NCBI RefSeq assembly: GCF_009914755.1
Contig: NC_060928.1
Reading direction: 5' to 3' (one strand)
DNA length: 64,000 nucleotides
Source of the DNA: the human T2T-CHM13v2.0 reference genome, Homo sapiens
Every line of letters begins with the position of its first letter. Position 1 is the first letter of the stretch. The notes under the pieces were generated by a model. That model was not told the DNA's origin and did not search any database. It saw only the letters and a program-made list of their open reading frames with translations. This document shows positions 46,501 through 60,530 of this stretch, piece by piece. Position numbers and translations under genes: made by a program.

Positions 46501-47319
46501 GTAGTCACACATGGATATCTGCTATTCTAGTAGTGTCTGGAGCCTATTTAGCTGCACCAGTTACAGTGTAATCAGCAGAGAAGGCATTCCCTTCCAACCT
46601 CTGATTTTCAGAATTTAACAGCACCAATGCTTTTAATGGCTCTATCCTTAAATGTGATACATACACGCTTTTCTACACAGGTGTATGTTTTTTGTTTTTA
46701 GTTTTTTTTCCAATGCTCCAGAGGCAAAGTCTATCTTTAAGGGAAGAGTTCAAAGCTTGGACCTCTTTTTAAAAAGCCAAAGGATGACAGAAAATGCTTT
46801 ACAAATGCAAGCAGTTTCTGGTCAAGCTGCACAGTCATGCAAACCATTTCAAGGCTGCTGCCTACTAGGCAGGCAGAGAATGGTTGGAAGGCTGCAGGCT
46901 GTTTCATCACTATAGTCCCTGGAACAACAACCTGGGCCTTTGGATGGGTTCTAAAGCAGTGTTATTCAGACAGTGTGCCTAATTTTGACCAAAAGAGGCA
47001 TCAGTTCATTCTCTGCAAAACAAACCAGAAAATATCTTTTCATCAGTGATGACTTGATGACAGTGGAACCCAAATGTATGAGGTGCTCATGCTCAGTGGC
47101 AGGACTTGCATTTTCTATGCTTTGGTGGCCTAAAGCATAGAAATGAATAGGATATGCGGCTACAGTTGAGGCCACACAAAAACCAAATAAGATCCCAGCA
47201 TGTATTCTGAGAAAATCAACCATGTGCCATTGAAATAAAATTCCCCAAAGAATGTTGATTCTCGACCCTCAGCCTTCTTACTATATGTGGTCTCTTGGGA
47301 CAGAAATAGTTCTGATGAA

Positions 47320-47780
47320 ACAGGGCAATTGGGCTTTGAAATTCATCAGCTTTCATTTTAAGTCTCATCCATGCCACCAATTATTTATGTGATTTTGATC
47401 AGTTTGCTTAACCCTGTTAGTCCTGGTTGCCTCATAAGTGATGTGGGAATTACAATATCCATTGTTCATAGTTGTTGTAAAAATTAGCAAGAAATATTAG
47501 AAAAAAGTATAATGTGTCAAATGTATGCTTAGTTCTGCATAAACATAGAAATTAAAAAAAAAATCTATAGCACTAATATGCCAGGCTCTATTCAAATAAC
47601 TCATATATTGTTATAGTTAATCCTCACAACAACCAAGAGGTAGATATCATTAGTCTCTCCATTCTCCAGATGAGAGAATTGCAGCAAGGTTAAGATGCCT
47701 GAGTACATTCAGCTGGTACTTGGTAAAATCAAGTTTTGAACCCAGGAAGTCTGACCTAGTCCAGGCTCACACATCAAATA
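47320..47780. mobile_element. Two MIRs tail-to-tail (plus ~47320-47520, minus ~47560-47780)
   Basis: MIR core motifs on opposite strands. Confidence 0.65.
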
Positions 47781-48016
47781 CTCTTTTGAAGGAAGTTCTT
47801 TTTGAAGGAAGCCAAACAGTCATCCAGCCATGTTGCCCAGTGCATAAGTATGCTAAAAAAAACAACATTTGCTATGCCTAGCTATCCACAGCTCAATGGG
47901 AATCACAGTGATTCTCCTACTATGACTGGTTGAACTGCTTAAATGACCTGGCTCAAGAACTGCCCATCCAGAAAAAGTCCAGCGAGTGATGATGTAGCCA
48001 AATGTAAAAAATGGGG

Positions 48017-50359
48017 TGATATGGTTTGACTGTGTCCCCACCCAAATCTCATCTTGAATTGTAGTTCTCATAATCCCCACATGTGGTAGGAGGGACCCGG
48101 TGGGGGGTAATTTAATCATGGGGGCGGTTTCCCTCGTGCTAGTCTCGTGATAGTGGGTAAGTTCTCATAAGGTCTGATGGTTTCATGAGAGGCTTCCCCC
48201 TTTGCTTGGCTCTCATTTCTCTCTCCTGTTGCCATGTAAAAAAGGACGTGTTTGCTTCCCTTTCCACCAAGATGATAAGTTTCCTGAGGCCTCCCCAGCC
48301 CTGCGGAACTATAAGTCAATAAAACCTCTTTTATTTATGAGTTACCCAGTCTTGGGTATGTCCTCATAGCAGTGTGAGAACAGACTAATACAGTAAATTG
48401 GTACCTCAGAGAGTGGGTTGCTGCTATAAGGATACCCAAAAATGTGGAAGTGACTTTGGAACTGGGTAACAGGTAGAGGTTGGAATAGTTTGAAGGGCTC
48501 AGAAAAGGACAGGAAAATGTGGGAAAGTTTGGAACTTCCAAGAGACTTGGAGGGCTCCGAAGACAGGAAGATGTGGGAAAGTTGGGAACTTCCTAGAGGC
48601 TTGTTGAATGGCTTTGACTAAAATGCTGACAGTGATATGGACAATGAAGTCCAGGCTGAGGTGGACTCAGAGGGAGATGAGGAACTTCTTGGGAACTGGA
48701 GTAAAGGTCACTCTTGCTATGCAAAGAGACTGGAGGAATTTTGCCCCTGCCCTAGAGATCCATGGAACTTTGAACTTGAGAGAGATGATTTAGGGTATCT
48801 GATGAAAGAAATTTCTAAGCCTTAAAGCATTCAAAAATCAGAAGAGCATAAAAGTTTGGAAAATTTGCAACATGATGATGCAATAGAAAAGAAAAACCCA
48901 TTTTCTGGGGAGAAATTCAAGCCAGCAGCATAAATTTGCATAAGGAGGAGCTGAATGTTAATCACCAAGACAATGGAAAAAATGTCTCCAGGGCATGTCA
49001 GAGACCTTCACAGCAGCCCCTCCCATCACAGGACCAGAGGCCTAGGAGGGAAAAATGGTTTCCTGGGCTGAGTTCATGGGCTGAGTTCATGGAACCCTCT
49101 GCTGTGTGTTGCCTCGGGACTTGGTGCCCTGCATCCCAGCTATTCTAGCACTGGCTAAAAGGGCCAAGGTACAGCTGAGGCCATTGCTTCAGAGGGAGCA
49201 AGCCCCAAGCCTTGGCAACTTCCATGTGGTTTTGGACCTGCTGGTGCACAGAAGTCAAGAATTGAGATTTTGGAACCTCTGCCTAGATTTCAGAGGATGT
49301 ATGGAAACACCTGGATTTCTAGGCAGAAGTATGCTGCATGGGCAGAGCCCTCATGGAGAACCTCTGCTAGGGCAGTGTGGAAGGAAAATGTGCGGTAAAA
49401 GCCCCCACAAAAAGTCCCCAGTGGGGCACTGCCTAGTGGAGCTGTGAGAAGATGGCCACCATCCTCCAGACCCCAGAATGGTGGATCCACTGAAAGCTTG
49501 CACTGTAGGCCTGGAAAAGCCACAGATACTCAATGCCAGCATGTAAAAGCAGCCAGGTGTGGGGATATACCCTGCAAAGCCACAGGGGCAGAGCTTCCCA
49601 AGGCCATGGGAGCCCACCTCTTGCATCAGCATGCCCTGGATGTGAGACATGAAGTCAAAGGAGATCATTTTGGAACTTTACGATTTAATGACTACCCTAT
49701 TGGATTTCTGACTTGCATGGGGCCTGTGGCCCCTTTGTTTTGGCCAATTTCTCCCATTTGAAACAGGGTATTTACCCAATGCTGGTATCCTCAGTGTATC
49801 TAGGATGTAACTAACTTGCTTTTGATTTTATAGGCTCATAGGCAGAAGGGATGCCTTGTCTCAGATAAGACTATGGACTTGGACTTTTGGTTTAATGCTG
49901 AAATGAGTTAAGGCTTTGGGGAACCATTGGGAAGAGCATTATTGTATTTTAAAGTATGAGGACATGAGATTTGAGAGGGGCCAGGGTTGTAATGATAAGG
50001 TTTGGCTGTGTCCCCACCCAAATCTCATCTTGAAATGTAATCCCCACGTGTGGTGGGAGGGACCCAGTGGGAGGTACTTGAATCATGGGGCTGGTTCCCC
50101 TATGCTATTCTCATGACAGTGAGTAAGTTCTCACAAGATATGATGATTTTATAAGGGGCTTCCCCCTTTGCTCGGCTCTCATTTCTGTCTCCTGCTGCTG
50201 TGTGAAGAAGGACGTGTTTGCTTCTCTTTCCACCAAGATGGTTAAGTTTCCTGAGGCCTCCAAAGGCCTACTGAAGTGTGAGTCAATTAAAACTCTTTTC
50301 CTGATAACTTACTCAGTCTCAGATATGTCCTTATAGCAGCATGATAACAGACTAATATA
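48017..50359 (+). mobile_element. Full-length THE1D MaLR provirus: 5' LTR 48017-48392, internal region, 3' LTR 49993-50359
   Basis: Both LTRs tgata..tgtgtccccacccaaatctcatcttgaa..aggacgtgtttgcttc..gactaata; ~1.6-kb internal region starting gtaaattggtacc. Confidence 0.92.
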
Positions 50360-51191
50360 CAGAGCAATACAACTTTTTCACTAGGGAATGTGAATAAAGA
50401 AAGGTAGAGATAATTTGTCCTTTAACAATGGGAATAAGAGTTGAACAATAAAGAGGCTATGGTGGCTGAGTTTAGTCATGGTAATATCAGTGTAATTAAG
50501 TCCACATTGAATGCACCATGATACTTTTAAGTACCAAAATACTGGTGGTTTTTTTTTCTATGATATCACTACCTCATGCACACACAAAAATGTGAAATTT
50601 GAGCCATTTAAAACTTTAGAATCATACAAAGAGGTTAAAGGAACAAAGTGGTACTCTGAAAGTTTTCTAACCATATTCCTCCCTTCATAATAACCCTTCC
50701 CAGGTACTTTGTTGATGTTTTCAATCCTTTCCTAGATAAGCCTCTTTTCATATATTTATGAATCATTTGCATACACACTAGTAAAAATTTGAATTTCTAG
50801 TTACTTCTGGAGGCCCTGACGGGGCTGGCTTAGAGTGATAGAGCAGGTGCCTTAAGGAAAATAGCAGGATGATGAAGAGAGGGGATTGGGAAAGAGGAGG
50901 GCAGAGTAAAGGTGGGAGGCTCCCCATACCCAATTTCTAGCTCTTTTCCTAGCCTAAGCATCTCCCTTCCCCCATTGCTGGGTTCTCTTTTTTCCTGCTC
51001 CTTTATCCTCATAAATCAGATCCATTTTTAGATTCTCATCACTGCCATTCCTCCAGCACTATGAATACTATCATGTGTCTTATCAAGGGCTATATTTCCC
51101 AATAGTCTTCCCTGTTGATACTTTAGCCAAAAGGTCAGAATAGCCTCAGTCCTCTCTATGGTAGAACAAAGTCTAAAGACAAAATGTAGAA

Positions 51192-51488
51192 CTGTGTTGC
51201 TCAATACAGTAGCCACCAATTATATGTAGGTAGATCCTGAACACTTGAAATGTGGCTAGTCCAAATTGAGACCTGCCATAAGCATAAAGTACATACTAGA
51301 TTTCAAAGACAGCACAAATAAAATAATTAAAGAATTCAATGCATTTATATTGATTACCTGTTAAAACATTTTGGAACTGATTTAAATAAAATATACTATT
51401 AATATTAATTTCACATGTTCTCTTTTTTCAAAAAAATGTGGCTACTAGAAAATTTAAAAATTATATATATTTATGTTGGGCAGCCCTG
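51192..51488 (+). mobile_element. MER33-like hAT-Charlie element
   Basis: cacttgaaatgtggctagtccaaattgaga; 8-bp TSD atgtagaa / gagtagaa; strand assignment tentative. Confidence 0.75.
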
Positions 51489-52638
51489 GAGTAGAAGTTG
51501 ATAGTAATCATATTTCACTTTTTATTAAAATACTATAATTAATACTAATGTTAATACAGCCATTTTGAAGGCACATGAAATAAATACCACAATGCTTGTA
51601 GGGTTATTTTGCTTTATAGCAATCTCTGTGATGTATTATATGCAAATCAAAATTAGGAGAAATGAGTCAGCAGAAACACTGAAAAAAGAAAAATACACAG
51701 AACAAGTTGAGGATCAAGAACCCAACTGCGTAAAGAACAGAACAGGAACAAGCTGTAAGAAGGTAATGGCTAATAACACTGACTCCCGGCCAAAGGGCAA
51801 GGGTCCTCAGCTACAGCTCTTGAGAGTCTCACCTTGGATCTGGAGCCATTTGCCATTTTTCAGTTTCTATTCTTTCTGAGGTTATGCATGTGTAGCTTCA
51901 GAGGCAAACTTTTCTTTATTAACCAACTTCAACATGTAAACCACCTTTCTCCTGCTAGCGTTATAATAGTGAACAAACCAAGCAGGGCTTTGCCTTAACA
52001 TAGCTTGCACTTTTGGGGAAAGAAACTATTATTATAGAAATAATCAGTATTTGATAACAACTAAACTAAGCATTTACTAAGCCAGAAAAATTGACATAGT
52101 GAGAAGATCTCTAAAGGCAATGAAACAGGTTGATGCCACAAAGAGTTTTTGTTAAGAGATGACTACTCATTCAGAAAGTGACAGTTGAATTGGGACATGG
52201 AAGATGAGAGAGAGCCAGTCATGCAAAGAGCCAGGATTAGGGAGAGAAAGGGGAGAACATTCCAGGCAGGAGGTAACAGCAGGTGCAACATCCCTAAGTC
52301 AGAAAAATTTTTAGTTTGTTGCAGAAACAGTAAAATTGCACTGGAGGGAAGGAGAGTGGTGTGAGAAAACATTAAAGAGTCAGACAATGAATCAGGTCAT
52401 ACAGGGTCTTGTATGCAATTTGGATTTTCTTCTAAATGCACTGGAAAACTATTGAAGAGTTTTAAGCTGTGGAATTGCATGACCAATTAGGAGTCTACTG
52501 CAGTGTTTCAAGTAAGGTGTGATAGAAGCTTGGATTTAAATAATCCCCAATTCTTTCTAATCACATAGGGTTGTGCTATTTTATTAAATTTACTAAGAAA
52601 TAATAATGTTCAGCTAGTTTTTAAATGTTCAATTCTAC

Positions 52639-52848
52639 TTTTTTTAAGAGACATAGTCACACCGTCATCCAGGCTAGCGTGCAGTGGTGCGATTTTTCTC
52701 ACTGCGGCATCAAACTCCTGGGCTCATGTGATCCTTCCACCTTAGCCTCCTGAGTGCCTGGGACTAAAGGCACATGCCACCACTCTGGGCTAATTTTTTT
52801 TTTTTTTTTTTTTGAAGAGACAGGGTCTCACTATGTTGCCCAGGCTGG
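52639..52848 (-). mobile_element. Truncated AluJ, between an L2 (~51950-52540) and an L1ME relic (~52850-53640)
   Basis: gtgcagtggtgcgat..aactcctgggctcatgtgatccttccacc..gagacagggtctcactatgttgcccaggctgg. Confidence 0.85.
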
Positions 52849-54551
52849 CAATTCTATTTTTATTGATTACAAACTTACATACATTCTTTGAAACAAATTT
52901 TGAAAATATGAATAGGCACCAAGAAAAGAAAAATAAATTCATATTTCCACCACGCAGATCACAGTTGACATCTTAGAGTGCACTGTTCCATAATTTATAA
53001 TTTCTACATATTTGTGTATATACAGAAATAGAATCAGATGTTATATACTTTTCAGAAAACTTGTTTATTACTCACACTGAGAATGTATTTCTATATTATT
53101 AAATATTCTCCTACAGCATCACAGATTACACGGCAATTCAACTGTATGGATATTTTAAAATTGACCTGATATACTATAGTTAGGAATTTATTTTGCTTCC
53201 AATTTATTATTATTATATATTTTAACAATATAATATGTCATGATGATTACCATCCTCCTGTAAATAAATATTTGTATTCACCCTTAATTATCCACAGGAT
53301 AAATTTCAAATCATGTAATGCTATCATAATTTCAAACTATTTTCAAATTTTTATGGCTTTTGATACAAATACTATTTTCTTCCAGACCAGCTAAACTAAT
53401 TTACATTTATATCCCTAATATATGAGGATACACATTTCCTAGAACTTTTGAACACACTGAGTATTATAATTTAAAAATTATTTTACTATTTAGTAGGCAA
53501 TTCATAATATATCTCACTATTATTTTACTTAAACTATATGTTTGAAATTTGTATTTCCTTCTGTCTAGTGAGGTTGAATTTTTTTCATATGCTTATCGAC
53601 CGTTTATTTTCTTACAATTGCTTATTCATATTAATTTTGCTATGGAGGTGTCTGCTCAGCCTAGTCTTAAAGTAAATAAAAGGATAAAGAAATGGTTATC
53701 AATTTCTGAATCATGAAGTAGAATCAGGAAAAAACATTCTATTAATTAATGGCATAGCTAACACAATTCCTGAAAAAATGATAACATCAGTAACTGACAA
53801 GATTTCAAGAGACTAACCTACAAGAATGTTGTTCAACACGAAATTTTCTTCTCCTCTATAATGTTTGCTGAGAATATTCGCAGAGGTCCCTAAGGATTCT
53901 AAAATACTATGTATGCCATATTTCACATACTCTTATTTATAGGAGTCTCCACTTGGCACATTATCTACTCAACTTGTTCAAGGTTCTGGTCTCCCTAAAA
54001 CACAGCTCAAATTAAAATATAAAATCTAAGTACCTAGTGAAAGAAAGAGCCATATCCTACCAGTTGCAAAACCTAATATTCTCTGTTTAAAGTTAGGAAT
54101 TTCAAATTAATCATTTGTTTAATTAATAAATGGTCCCAAGACACTTTGCAGAAGTTTTCTTATGGGCCAGAATTCTGAACTGTATCTTAATTCTTGGCCA
54201 TTTCTCACATAAAACAAATTATTTTATCAAAGATGCCAAATGCTAGTACTTTAGGCTCCAAATACAGGAGGCTTACTTTCACTGAGAGCATTACAATTGA
54301 TCTCAGACCAGAGTGGGCAGGGCTCCGTAGAAAGGTAAGGTAATTAATTGTCAAGAGATCTGGGTTCATGTACTGGCTTCATGTTACTACTGACTTGTCT
54401 CCCTGGGTAAGCCACTTAGATAAAGTCATACTTTATTTTTCTGTAAATGATATTTATTCTAAAAAGTTATTGTGAGATGAACGAAGTTACAAAATGTGAA
54501 TTTACTAAATGAACTCAAAAGTTACATATGAGTACAGGAAATGTTATCAGA

Positions 54552-54870
54552 GCTAGAGTCACCAACTCAAACACCTATAAGGGCCATACTAACTTCTCAA
54601 TGCATGAAGTGGATCAACCAGGGCTGTGGGTAATTCTAGTGCTTGACCCAGTTTGACAGGATTGTTGCAGTTATGGCAATAAGATGCCAGTGTTGCCTGA
54701 CATTTTAATTTTTTCAAAAGAAAAACTATAAATCCTGACTTCATTCATCTTCCACTTTCAAAGTATTGACAGCTAATTAAAATGTAAGTCAAAGTAATTT
54801 TGTTGGCCAAATAAGTCATACGTTTGGATCAAAGTTGAACCATGACTAGCCAGTCTGTAAACTCTTGTAT
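54552..54870. mobile_element. MER102-like hAT-Charlie relic
   Basis: agagtcaccaactcaaacacctataagggcca start; ccagtctgtaaactct end. Confidence 0.5.
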
Positions 54871-57800
54871 TGTCTCTGATTTATATAGTTAGTAATACTC
54901 TCAAACCTCCATGGTAACATCTTTAGTTAAGAGCATTTATTGTACTGAGTGCATCAAATATAGTCCCATCTTACAGTAACCAATTATTTGTAATTATTTC
55001 CACGATGAGGGTTTTTCCCTTCAGGTGGCCAATTACTTCCTATCAAATTATCACTGAAAACCATTATTTTCATTTCCATTTGTAGACATCTCAAGACTTT
55101 ATTTTCCATTTGGTACAAGTAAAAGGAAATTATAACAGCCAATGCAATTATGACTGTGATCTTATCTGTCTGGATTGATTAGAAGTCCTTATTCTAATCA
55201 CCCAAACTCTTTATTAATGTTAAGTTTATTAAAACTTAGGTTCAGATTTAGATTTTTATTAAGGATTTCATTTATGTTATCTTTTTTCTTTTATAAGATG
55301 ATAGGGAATGCAAGATGGGGAAACCAAAGAAAAACCTAGTCACCAAAGAGACCTCGTCTCCCTGCAACTTGGCTTCACAACACTGATCTCTCTTTTACCA
55401 TTTATCAAAACTCCATCTCTGGCAAATTACAGTGAATTACAGTGGAGTGTTGCTAATTCATACTAATGACTGGGGTTCCCAGTGCAGATTGAATTCTGAG
55501 AACTGGCAACTGAGCAACAAAGGAAAAAAAACAGTAAATTGAGACCACTGCATAAAAAAATCTTTTGTTCATTTATTTTTTTTTTCAGTATAAGCTAGTT
55601 TTAATTAATTTGGTTAATGTATCATTGATACCAGTACAAATTATATCCCTAAATCTCTCCAACATTAAATATTAGTTTAAAAATTAGTTGCAACTTTATT
55701 TGGCAGTGAATTGAAATAAAACACTGGCAGAATAGCAAGGTAAGATTTAGATAGTAGTAAATTTACTACATTTCCACTTAATATAATATTCTTCTCTTTT
55801 CTTTTCAGCCTTGGAATCAGTACCTGGTATTAAATAGGCTTTCTGATTGTCACACAACAAAATTGACTAGTACTCTAGGGAAGAGTTATCCACTGTTGAA
55901 CACTCAACCTGCTTAAAGGGATGGCAACTGGATGTTCATAAAGAATTACCATAGTTGCCACGTATCCAGGTATCCACATATTTCCACAGACATCTCTGGA
56001 TGGAGACCAACCACCCCCATCCCATACTTCCCACCACCTACCCACCCCCTATATCCCACCCTCCACTTTTTTTGGAGAATAAAGGAAGAAAAACTGGGTA
56101 GAATATAGTGAAAATATAATTACCCTTTTTTTTTTAAGTGGTAAGCACTGGAAGCCTTCTTATTTTATAAGTCCCATGAACTAAGATTGGTTTCATGCTC
56201 TTCTTAATTTACTTCTTTAGATGCTGGAAGATGGCTCACATTCTTTCTTACATTTCTTCATTTATTCTTTTAGTGAACAGGCTCTATGACAGTATCAACC
56301 AAGGTTTACATTTGTTTTCTGCTCATATTGTGCCCACACAACTTAGCAGAGTTTATTGGCAAATAGAATCATTCTTTAAACACCCCTTTAGTGACTGTAT
56401 GCTTACAGCATACCATGTGGAGTCCCAGGTACCAAGGATACAAGACTGTGGGCCTTTCCTTTAGGGACCTTGAATACTTGAAGGGAAAGAAAAATTATCA
56501 AACCGATGTTTCTGTGATACAGGGTAAAGTCAGATTGCTATGAAAGCACAGAGTAGGGGAAACTAGCCCAAGGTGGTGAGATCATGAGAGGCCTCCAGAG
56601 GGAAAAGTTTATTTTGAACCTTGAAAAATCATGAACAATTATCCAGGTAGAGAAGGTTGGAAGTGTTTAGGGAGCTTCACATAGTTCATTGTGGGGAAGG
56701 GATAAAAAGGGAACTAGAAGGTAGCTAGGAAGCAGTTCAAATGGAGTTTGTATGCCATGTGAGCTGCTTAAATTTCCTTTTGTTGTTATCAGGAGCAGTA
56801 TCAAACATGCACCAGAAGAGACAAAACCAGTGGCAAGGAGCTCAGTTAGGAGATTTGCAGGACTCCAGCTGTGATTTGACAAGGGCCTCATGTCATCTGT
56901 GGTTGTCACTCTATATATTTCCTTCTCGAGTGATCAACAGATTTCTAGACAACAACCCTTCCACCCACTTGCAGTTTGCAGATTGGGTGAGATGATTTCA
57001 TCCTCAGCTCCAAGGGTGATTCTTAATTAGCTTAAGTCAATCAGCAAAGTCCACAGCTAAGCCATAGTAATTGGATTGGGAATAAACATGAGACTCAAGT
57101 GGTACAAAGGAGGCTGGAGAGTAGCTGAGCTGGGCTTTTGGGAGAGAATCTCCTTTGTTCTCTGGGAGAACTACTGAGAGGGTTATTCTTTCTTCCTGAA
57201 GGAGGAAATGCATAGGCTGGATGCTGCTGGTTACCATATTGTAACAAGAAGAAAATCAGTGAACACTACACAGAACAAATATAGAAAAATAAATGTAGCA
57301 AATCTTACATTAAGCCTATGCTAATTTGGGACTTTCATGCTATCCATAATTATAAGGATTTCTTTTTATCATCATTCATGTAATTCAATGTTGTTGTTCT
57401 GTAATTGGGGCACTTTTGTTCCTGGAATTACCTTAACTGCTAAAAACCTGGCTGTTGGCAGTGATGATCAGAATAAAGGCAGGATTAGATAACCTCTTCC
57501 AGTCTTTTTCTTCTATGATTCCCTTTCACCCTTAGTTTATCAAGAAGATAGTTGCAAACAGCAAGCTGATGACTGACAAAAAATGGCAAGAACATCATAA
57601 GACTCAAATTACTCCTCCTCAGTCCCATGACAGCTCTTCTCCCCTCTCTGTTGCCTGCCTGCCTTTGGCTGCCAAGAATTTGCTGTTTGCTTCTCACTTC
57701 CCTCATCCAATCCATACTGAGAAGATAATGTGCCCAGCTAGCTCCAGAACAGAAAACTGAATGTCGGCACGTGTTTTGCCTTGAATGAAAATAACCTATC

Positions 57801-58884
57801 GGTGCAGAGTGGCCTCTGCTATCCAGGGCTGAGACTGTATTGGGTTTGGTGGTTAATTCTTCAGCCTTATAGCCCTGGGACTTAAGCTAATGGCGTTAGG
57901 GTTTGCACAAGCCCCATGTCCATGGTTTTGAAGTTACCACTGTGGAAGAGAGCTTGTCATGTTGTATAATATTACAGTTATTCCAAAGCAGCTTTCTGGC
58001 TAAGTGACAGCATTTGACATTCCTCTAATATTGACAGTAGTGATGACTTTCAAGTGTTTTATTTATGTCAGGTAGAAGGGGAGTAGAGGTTTTTAAATAA
58101 AATAAACATGTGCAAAGAAAACTTCTGGTTTAGTATAATAAAAATGTCAAAACAGTCTGAATACCTGCTCTGCTATTTTCTTGCCATGGACTCTGGAGCA
58201 AGTTTAAAAGATACAGTATCTCCATCTGTAAAATGGAAATAATGATGGTGCCTACTTTGAAAGGCCATGGTTGTATAATCCAATGTCTCTAAGGTGCCTT
58301 ACGTGATGCCAGGCTCATGCTCATCACAGACATTTAATAATGTTTCATACATTAATTGTTATTCGTGCCATGCCCATAAACTTTTTAAAGTAAACAGCTT
58401 CAACCAAGCACTTAACTCCAGGAATTCTTAGGGAACATTGTTTCCACCATAAAGCTTAGATGATTGAATGATTGGTAGCCACACTCTACATGTGGCCTAT
58501 GAGGTGGCCAAGAAATTATGACCTGTGCTGGTGTCAAAATCTGAGTGGAGTCCAAGAGTCTGACAAACTTTTGCTTGAGTCCTGAAAGAATCAGAAAGAA
58601 TTTACAGAGAGAAGTAATGATATAAGGCCAAGGCATGAGCAGTCACTGAGGTTATGAGGAATGAGAATATAAGCAAAGTGGGCAAGTTCAGAGAGATTTA
58701 TAGAGAGAAAGAATAAATGAGTTTATGGTGAGAGAAGCAGATAGACCCAGAGAAAAGCAGACATATTTAGAAAGGCTGAGTCACATAAATGGCAAAGCAT
58801 AAGATTAAAGCCACCCACCTTTCTGTTGAAGTCTTTGCTACTTCCAGTAGATCATCTAGAGGCAGGATGGTCCAGGAGGAGTCT

Positions 58885-59125
58885 GTATGGTGGAACTGTG
58901 AATGATACAGCTTGGGAATAAGAGTAGCTGGGCTCAAGTTTTGGCTCTGTCATTTACTAGCTGTGTCACTAGGGAAAGTTTCTCAATCTTTCCATGGCTA
59001 TAAAATGGGGTAAACCATGAAACCTACTATTGGAGCCATTATGATGATTAAACAAGTTAGTATATGTGGCTTAGTATCATAATGGAACATAGTAATTTTT
59101 CAATAAGTGGTTATTAGCCATTATT
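58885..59125 (+). mobile_element. MIR
   Basis: ggctctgtcatttactagctgtgtcactagggaaagtt..taaaatgggg. Confidence 0.75.
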
Positions 59126-59331
59126 AGCTGCCATTAACTATACATCAATAGCCATAAAACTGACATACACATTAGCCCCTCAGCTCCAATATAACTCCTG
59201 TTTCCCTTATGTCCAAATGCATCTTATAATTAATATTGTTGTTAATAAAAAAATTTTAAGTAAATATGTATTATCATTTTTATTTGAAGAAGAGCATGAA
59301 CTAAGAGAGACCAAAAAAAAAAAAGGAGATT

Positions 59332-59638
59332 AGGTAGGGTGTGGTGGCTCACGCCTGTAATCCCAGTGCTTTGGGAGGCTGACGCAGGAAGATCACTTGA
59401 ATTCAGAAGTTCAAAACATGCCTAGGCAATATAGTGACCCTATTTCTACAAAAATTGAAAAATTAGCCACACGTGGTGACACATGCCTGTGGTCTCAGCT
59501 ACTCTGGGTGCTGAGGTGGGAGATCACTGGAGCCCTGGAGTTTGAGGCTACAGTGAGCTAGGCCTGCTCTACTGCACACCAGCCTGGGCAAAAGAGCAAG
59601 ATCCTTTAAAAAAAAAAAAAGAAAGAAAAGAAAGAAAA
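59332..59638 (+). mobile_element. AluJ
   Basis: Full dimer with gatcactggagccctggagtttgaggctacagtgagcta; A-rich tail; flanked by ggagatta on both sides. Confidence 0.9.
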
Positions 59639-59755
59639 GGGGAGATTAAATGTTGAAATAGCAATACATTACATGCAATAATATTTACCTTTAAAATTTT
59701 TGTTTTTGTCCCAATAATTTTTTGAATTTTTTTTTTATTCATGTGTCATGTTTTA

Positions 59756-59861
59756 TCAGCCTCCTGAGTAGCTGAAACTACAGATGCACACTATTATCCA
59801 GGGTTTTTTTTTTTTTTTTTTTTTTTTGAGATGGAATCTTGCTTTGTTGTCCAGGCTGGTC
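59756..59861 (-). mobile_element. Central Alu fragment
   Basis: tcagcctcctgagtagctg..poly-T..gagatgg..gttgtccaggctggtc. Confidence 0.75.
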
Positions 59862-60131
59862 ACAAGAATTATTTTGTGCAATTCATTTATTCATTTGTAT
59901 ATTTATTCACTTTACAAATATGTATTGAATTCACACTATGCTGAAGTACAATTTGAAAACAAAACAAAACAAAACAAAAGTAGTCCCTGTACTTGTTCAG
60001 TTTTAAGGTCTTGTGGTAGTAAACAAATGATGAGGAAGGATTTGAAAGCTGACATCAAAAGATGAAAAATCTGCTTACTCCCTTGCCTCATTTAGATAGT
60101 GACTCAAAAGTGAGTTCTTACCTAACCAACC

Positions 60132-60530
60132 ATATTAGCCAGGATAAGCTAGGTAATATGGTGGTAACAAATTAACACCCAATTACTGGCTTAACACAAC
60201 AAACATATATTTCTTGCTCATATTGTATTACATGTTTAAAGTGGGCTTGTCAGGCAGATGGTTTTCCACACAATCACTGAGGGAGTCAGGTTGATGAAGG
60301 CTCCGCCGTCTTTTACCGGCACTATTAGAGCACACGGCCAGCCTTCTTGTTACAGTGACAGAACAGCCATGGAGGATGCATAGGCACTCTTCAATGCCCT
60401 AAATGGAAGTGATCACATCACTTTGACTATGGGCCCATTGGCCAAACCTAGTAATGTGGCCCCATCTCACTGCAAGGGGCTGAGAATTCCAGGGTGCAAG
60501 GGTGCACAGGGCACGTGTAATCTGTACCTG
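60132..60530 (-). mobile_element. Old MLT1 LTR
   Basis: attagccaggataagctagg..ggcttaacacaacaaa..ggaagtgatcacatcact..cccattggcc. Confidence 0.65.

Noticed and set aside
47320-47780. Inverted MIR pair as a hairpin
   Set aside because: The arms show only ordinary MIR-level similarity; useful as a negative control for the 61.7/62.5 kb pair.
48490-48605. ~50-bp tandem duplication in the THE1 internal region
   Set aside because: As I recall it is part of the THE1D/MST internal consensus, so not specific to this locus.
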